A program made the translations under genes and the position numbers. A model generated the notes under the pieces. The model was not told where the DNA came from and did no database searches. It saw only the letters and a list, made by a program, of their open reading frames with translations. A stretch of DNA of 64,000 nt, from NCBI GenBank assembly GCA_050613775.1, contig JBODTK010000109.1:186001-250000 (forward strand). Reading direction: 5' to 3'. Below, piece by piece: positions 56,409 to 64,000 of this stretch. Position 1 is the stretch's first letter. Every line of letters begins with the position of its first letter. The stretch comes from Neocallimastix sp. 'constans'. Lineage: Eukaryota.

Positions 56409-56820
56409 TATTTACTATACACTAATATAATATAAATAACCCATATAATAAATAGTTTTTAATACTAAAATTTCTAATCTATTTAATAATTTTTTTAAAA
56501 AAACGCATATTATTTTATTTAATGAAATAATAATCATAATATAAATAACTTATAATCAGTAAAAGCCTTTGTTAAAATCATCATCCTAGTTCATAATTTA
56601 TATAGCATCTTTTTTGTTGTTGATAAAAAAAAATAATAAATAATTATAATCATATTATCATTTATTTTCAAAGTACTAAACATTATAACTTCTGTAAATA
56701 ACTAAGTAATATATATAAGTCAATGACAAAAAAAACAAATAAATAATAAAAAATGATATATAGTTAGCATAAATAATTTTAAACTTATTTGAATGTTTTC
56801 TATTATCATATTTATTCTTT

Positions 56821-56875
<55 letters not shown>

Positions 56876-57157
56876 TTAATATATCAACTTATATAATTTA
56901 TAAAAATGAATACTTATAATAATGTTCAGATAGCTTTAAATAAATAAATATATATATATATATATATATATATTTAATAAAAAATAGCAATAAAAAATAA
57001 TTTACTATATATTATTATATATTTTTATAAATAGAGGATTGTAAAAAATATTTATTATATCTTAATGTAAAGATAAACCATATTTGATTGAAAGTTTAAA
57101 ATTTTATAATATTTTATATGAACATTAGATTAAATATTTAATGAATTAGTATTAAAT

Positions 57158-57198
<41 letters not shown>

Positions 57199-57266
57199 AT
57201 AACTTCTTAATAAAAACAGTTATTTTAAAAAGGAAAAAATTAAAAAAAGTATGAATAAACCAATTA

Positions 57267-58880
57267 TTAAATAAATACAGATTTTGCTTTAAAAGGATCA
57301 TCAAATTGTCTAAATCCTTGCTTATTTCTTAAACCAACTGATAAATTTAGATTATCATTAGTTGAATTTTTATCAATATTATTAAAACTTGAATAAGGGA
57401 ATTTCTTTTCTTCATCAATAAATTTATTAGACATTAAATCAAACATTTTATTTGATGTATCTTCGGTATTATCAATTTTCAATAACTATTAAAATATATG
57501 ATTAAAAAATTTAATTTTAATTAAAAATTAATATTTCATATATAATTACAAAATTACTTATATTAAATTATAATATAAAGAAATAATAAATAAATTATTA
57601 TTAAAAAAATCATAAATGAATTTAATTACCGATTCTAGTGGTTTATAATTACTATCCCAAACATATGTTAATATTGGTTGTTCAGGTCCATATGTATAAA
57701 AAGATATATAATCATCTAAAGGATGATATACAATACCCATAATTGGCTGAGAAATAGTTAAATTTTCATATTTTGCAACCAATTTTCCTGTCATCGAATT
57801 GAAAACGAAACTAATATAAAATTAATTAAAATATATAAAATAATATCAATAAATATCATAAATTATATAATTCAGTTATTTTTTTTTAAAAAAAAAAAAA
57901 AAAAAAAAAATTAACAAAAATAAAAAAAGAAAGAAAAAACATACACTTGACCATTTATTGAACCAGAGAATATATAGGTACCACAAGGAGAAAGTATACT
58001 TTTTATAGGATAATGACTAGATGGAAGTGAAGTAATACATGTTAAGACCTTGAATAAACGAACATCCATCATATATATAGTATTTCCTAAACAATGTACT
58101 AATAGTTGACGTTCATTTGGATGAAGTCTTATACAGTTTATTGGATCAGACTAGAAATTTTTAAAAATATGACAAAGATATTTATGATATTAACAATTTC
58201 TTTCTCTTTTTTTTTTTTTATTTATTTATTTATTTATTTGAATATAAATATTATTTATATATTAAATTTTGTAAATTACCTGTGTTGGTATAACTTTAAT
58301 ACATTTATAATTATTGTAACCAACAGAATCATTAACTCTACAACTCCAAACTCTAATAACACCATTTCCATCCGCGCTAAATAATCTAATACCAGTTGAT
58401 TCAATAGCTAAACTATTAATTGTGGATTCATGACCTGTTAATACATATGCTGGTAAGAATTGAGTTTGATGATGATTAGGTGTTTGTTTTAAAAGTTCAA
58501 TATCATTATAAATATTTTGGTCATATTTCCAAAAACGAATTTTTCCATCATATGAACCAGTAATAACGGTAATTCTTATTTATAATTGTAATTAAATAAA
58601 TATATTAATAAATTTATTAATTTTATAATATATATTTATATGTAATAAAAAGGAATTTATAAAAAGATCATATACTTATTATCCTGTCCAATAATAGGGT
58701 GAATTTGGATACAATAAACATAACTTGGATGCTGAAAGATTGTTGACGGACGAATAGTAGTTTCGGACTGAATAGACCAGGCTCTGACAGAGCCATCTGC
58801 TGATGCTGAAAATAAATGTCTTTATATTTTATATTGTTTTTTTTATATAAAATTAAAATAATTATAACATCAACCCAATT

Positions 58881-58950
<70 letters not shown>

Positions 58951-61092
58951 TGAAAAATAACATTGAATAATCAAAATTATAATTTATTCTTATAATAAAT
59001 ACATACTTATCATCATGAGACCATTTTATATCATATACTAAATCTTGATGACCTGTTAACGATGCAATTTTATCACCTGAAACTGTATCAAAAATTTTAA
59101 TTGTAGTAACAGAATTGATACTTGTACTTGCAATAGCAAATAAATAACCAAGATGGGAATATTCTGCTGAAAGACAACCCCTTTTAATGATAAAAATATA
59201 AAATGACAAAAGATGAAATTATAATTTTCTTAAGACGAAAAAATAATAATAATAATAATAATAAATACCTTTCCCCACCATCAATACGAAAATGAAGATG
59301 ATTAGGAATTTTACATAATTGACCATCCTCTCTTCTCCAACTTGGCTAATATATATCATAGAAAAATAATTTACATAATTAATAATAAATTAAATTTAAC
59401 ATTTTTAATTATTGTAATTAATATTCATCATAATTTAAACTGAATAAAAAGTAATAATTACCTTTTGAGAAAAATTAATGAAGCTTTTATATACAGGGTC
59501 CAGAATTTTCTTCTTTGATAAATATGTATCAATTAACTAATATATATAAATATTAAAACCATATTTTTATTTATATTATGAAAATATTATGAATTATTGT
59601 AAAAATAATATATTACTTGATTATAAGTCCAAGCACCTATTTCTTTTTCATTTGGCATTTTTGGTCTATATGAAACTTCCTTTGTTTCAGGTATTTTTTG
59701 TGAGTATATTTTGACAAATCTATAAATTATTTTAATTAAATATAGTATATTAAAATTATATATAAAAAAAAATTAGAAACATATTATATTAAAATTTCTG
59801 TGTTTCCATCTAAATTAACATTATTAAATTTCATATTACTTACAGAGTTGATTGATATTTAACAAGCTTCCTTTTCCAATATTCAATCACTTCTGGTTTT
59901 TTTGGATCTTGATTCTTTATTAACTTTTTTGGATATTTATAAAGTTGAAGTCGTCTCTATAAAGTTTGTTTTTAAACCATAATATTAATATATTATAAAC
60001 AATATATATATACTTCAAAAATATAATATAAAATAAAATACATTAACTTACAGTATGTTCGGTATTAACCATATCATGAGTTCCAATTAATTTTAAAAAT
60101 GCCCATGCAATTCTATGCCATCCATCTTTATCCCTAAATTTTTATATTATTTATTAATATTTTTAAATATTCTTCTTTTTGATTTATTTATACACTTACT
60201 ATATTATAATTTTATTTTATATAAATATATATTAAAAAAATTACTTTTTTCTATCCTCAGCTCTTTCGACAAAATCTATAATTTCAAAAAATATAATTAC
60301 ATTCTTACGAACAACATGCAAATAATCTTCATTAATATATAAGCCTTGATTCCAACGAGGTATATTTGTATGATTTTTTTGAAGGTAATATGGCTTAGAA
60401 TAATTAAATAATAAGTTATATTTAAAGTTAATTTGAAAAAATATATATATATATTTTTAATAAATATAAGTTGATTTTACTATATATATTTATATATTAT
60501 ATGTTATTGAATTTTAAATATATACCTGAGTTAATATTGGCATTATATATCCTACTTCAGAATTTTCATAATATGATGTTGCAGGACGTAATGCACTTGA
60601 TTTTGTAAGATATTTTTCAGTATTAATATCTTTAAATATAATATATATTTATTAAAAAATTTTATATTTAATCAATATACAATTTTGATATATAATTTTA
60701 AAATTATTCAATGTATTATTAAATAATTTATGTATTATAATTTTTTATTATTATATATATTTTTTATTTACTCCGTAAAATGAAATTAATAATAATGAAT
60801 ATAACAATTACCCACAACATGAACCTTTACTAAAGGATGAACATTTCTAATGTTCAATTCTAACGGATCTGTTCTATAAATATGAATACAAATATTACTA
60901 TTTTTAAAATCTTCTGGTTTTTTCTTTAAATTTTCAAAAATATTATTTTCATATGGATATTCTTCTAATTTTTCAATAATTGTACTATTTTCATCTGATA
61001 ATGTTTTTGATTTATGTTCTTTTATATTTTAAATATTAATTTATATAATAAAAAAAAAAGGAATAAAAATTTATGTTTAATATTTATATATA

Positions 61093-61137
<45 letters not shown>

Positions 61138-63641
61138 ATTATATTTAATACTAATATAATTTAATACTAATATAATTATATTACTTCTAGAATGTTTTTT
61201 ATGATTTTCTTTTGTTAAATCATCATTATCAACAGAATCATGTCTATTTTTTGATTTCGATCTTGATCTTGATTTATGATGACTACGACTTCGGCTATGT
61301 GAATGTGATTTAGATCGTGATTTCTTTGTTTTTTTCTTTTCTGGATTTATATCCTCTTCTAAATATTCATTAACCTTTGTTTTAACACTTTCAGTAATGG
61401 ATGGTGTATATCCTTCAGGATAAAATGTGATAATATCTTTATTATCATTTGTATTTTTAGGAGTTTCTGATATGGGCATTACTGGTTTTATAGCTAAATC
61501 TTGATCATCTTCATCATTATTTTTTTCTTTTATTGAATTGTTTGCTCTTTTTTTTCTTATAGATTCATCTGGTATAGGTGCTGGAACATTAGCATGTCTC
61601 TTAATTTTCTTTTCATTTTTACTACTTGAATCTTTGTCTTTTGATTTATGATGTTTCCTTTTCTCTTTTCCTTCATTCGACTTTTGTCCTTCTTTTTTAT
61701 CCTTTAATTCTTCTTCATCGTTTATTTCATTCGGTTTATTGTCATTTTTTTTTTCTTCATTTTTTTTTATTTTTTTATCTTTTTCGTTTTTCTTCTGCCT
61801 CTCTGATTTACTACCTGACACAGACAAAGAATGAGATCGAGATTTTTTCTTTTTCTTTTGTTCATCCATATCACTATCCTTTCCCATATTATGAGAATGT
61901 CTCAGTTTTGAAGTATCATTAGATACTGAGCGTTTTGCAGATGTATGATTTGCAGTATTCTTATCTCTACTCTCAATATTTGATTGTTGACTTGGTAAAA
62001 CTTCTAAGCTTGTATATTTTCGTAATACATTTTGTCTTAGTTCCCTCATACTTTCATTACTTTTATATAGTGGCAATTCATTATAACTTGAAGTTAATCT
62101 ATTTTTAGGTTGATTAAAACTTTCTCCATCACTTGAATATACTGATACTTGATTAGATATAGAAACTGAACGGCTTCTTGAAAGTGATCGATTTCTTGAA
62201 AGAACACTAGAAGATCTTTGTGGCATACCATTTGACATATCATTTTCGTTTTCCAATTGTGTCTTTGAATTTTTTAAATTTATTTTTTTAGGACTTAAAG
62301 GTCTTGGATAGGTAGGTACTATTGATGAATTTGAACCTCTCATCTTTGAATATTTTGAAATATCTTTATTTTCTTCGTTTTCTTTATTTTCTTTAATATC
62401 ATTTCTACTACTAGTATGGGATTTAAGGGATGATTGATCTTTAGATGATGAATAATCTCTTACTTTATCTTTTAAACGTTTTTCGCGATGTCTTTGATTA
62501 ATACTTAAACTGTTTAATGAAGCTGAATCATTTTCATTCTCTAATTTTGTTTTATTAGTTTTCTTTTTTTCATTTCTAGTTTTTTTTATAGAAATATTTT
62601 CTTTATCACTATTTTCATTCAAATAACTTTTATTTTTTGAATTTTGATGGTTACTACTTCTAGAATGATCATGTTTACTTTTTTTACTTATTTTTGATAA
62701 TTCATCATTGTCCTTTTTATGTCGTCCACTACTATTTTTATGTTTTCCTTTATCTTCAGTATTATTTATATCAGGATTATCTTTATCATAATATCTTTCA
62801 TTTGGAGATAATTTTTCTTTTGTTATATTAAATTTATCATCGCTTCTATTATGACTAGAGCTATGATTATGATTATTACTATGATGATGTTTTGAATTGT
62901 TATCTCCTCTTTCTCTTTTAGGATGACTTGATGATGATCTTTCTGAAGGAGTATTTAAATATTTATATGAATGAGAGGGCAATCTAGTATTTTTATCTAC
63001 TCCTTCACTTTTAATAGATAATATTAATGATCTAGAATCTTTTTTTGATGATAAAGAAATTGTAGAATTCTTTAATAAATTATCATTATGATTATTTATT
63101 GAATTAGATTTATGATGATGATGATGATGATAATGATTTCCTGAAGGTGAGGCATTTTCTAATAAAACACTTTTAACGTTATATCTTATTTTTATTTTTG
63201 GATTTTCAGACTTATATTATATATACATACATAATATATATATATATGAATTATATATTAATATTAATTATTACGCAACATTAATTTTCATTATAATAAT
63301 TTATATATTTATATTAATAAACTTTTTTACACTTCATCATTACTCACACTTTGAGGCCTATTACCCACAGGTTTACGAGTTAATGATCTTGATCTTCTTA
63401 TTTCATCATAATATTCTGAATTATTATCATTTACCCTTTCCGTTACTGAAAAATCCCTTTATATATAAATATTATATATTTATCAATGTTTTAATGATAT
63501 TAATATATATGATAGATGATAGATATTATAAAAATAATACACATTACTTTAAATTTTAAATAAAATATATCATCAAATTATATTCCTTATTTCTTATTTT
63601 ACATTAATCTTACTATACCTTATGTCATTATATTTTGACAT
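57267..63641 (-). CDS. AHI1: Jouberin/AHI1-like ciliary transition-zone protein (charged N-terminus, C2-like domain, WD40 repeats)
   Basis: VKVHVVD...RPATSYYE...IMPILTQ, GWHRIAWAFLKLIG, WRREDGQLCKIPN...RGCLSAEYSHLG, GHQDLVYDIKWS, FQHPSYVYCIQIHP and ITGSYDGKIRFW. Start 63641 and end 57267 are best estimates; no SH3 domain seen. Confidence 0.88.
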
Positions 63642-64000
63642 GCTTATTACTTCTATATTTTTTAATTTAAAATAAATTAAATTTTTATATATATATATAT
63701 ATATATTTTTTTTTTTTTTATCTACTCCTATTTATTTTTTGTTTTTTTATTCTACTTGTTTTTAAATATTCTAATAAATATTATTAAGTTCTTGTCAAAT
63801 TTATTTTTAAATAGCTCGTACTTATTTATATGTCAATTTAATATATTTATATTTATAAATTGTTATTATAATTTATTTTATTTAATATTATATATTATAA
63901 CGTTTTATTTAAATTTTAATATTTGTCAATTATTTAGTTAGAATCTATTAAGATATAAAAATATTAATTGTTATTATATCAAATATAGAATAAATAAGTA

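Overview
Extremely AT-rich eukaryotic DNA with short GT-AG introns and long homopolymer/microsatellite tracts. Composition, poly-Asn proteins and a ciliary gene suggest a zoosporic fungus, most likely an anaerobic gut fungus (Neocallimastigomycota; inference). Spliced genes: GAR1, a GCK-III/STE20 kinase, NatB auxiliary subunit MDM20/NAA25, BUD32, a divergent cyclin and AHI1/Jouberin. There is also an intronless GNAT-like gene of possibly bacterial affinity and a decayed proteasome alpha-2 (PRE8) pseudogene. The accessory block (about 11-32 kb) holds four intronless tandem type I metacaspases plus a probable fifth relic. Their N-terminal low-complexity domains differ (Q-rich, GGPGGF, RGG/GGM) but end at one conserved basic motif, their catalytic domains are mosaic, and all four have the same upstream 11-mer. 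Two GC-rich, hairpin-rich intergenic islands (about 5.4-5.7 kb and 15.5-15.7 kb) share a 49-nt core and may be an unassigned structured RNA or mobile-element family. All homology calls are from motif recognition by eye; no searches were run.
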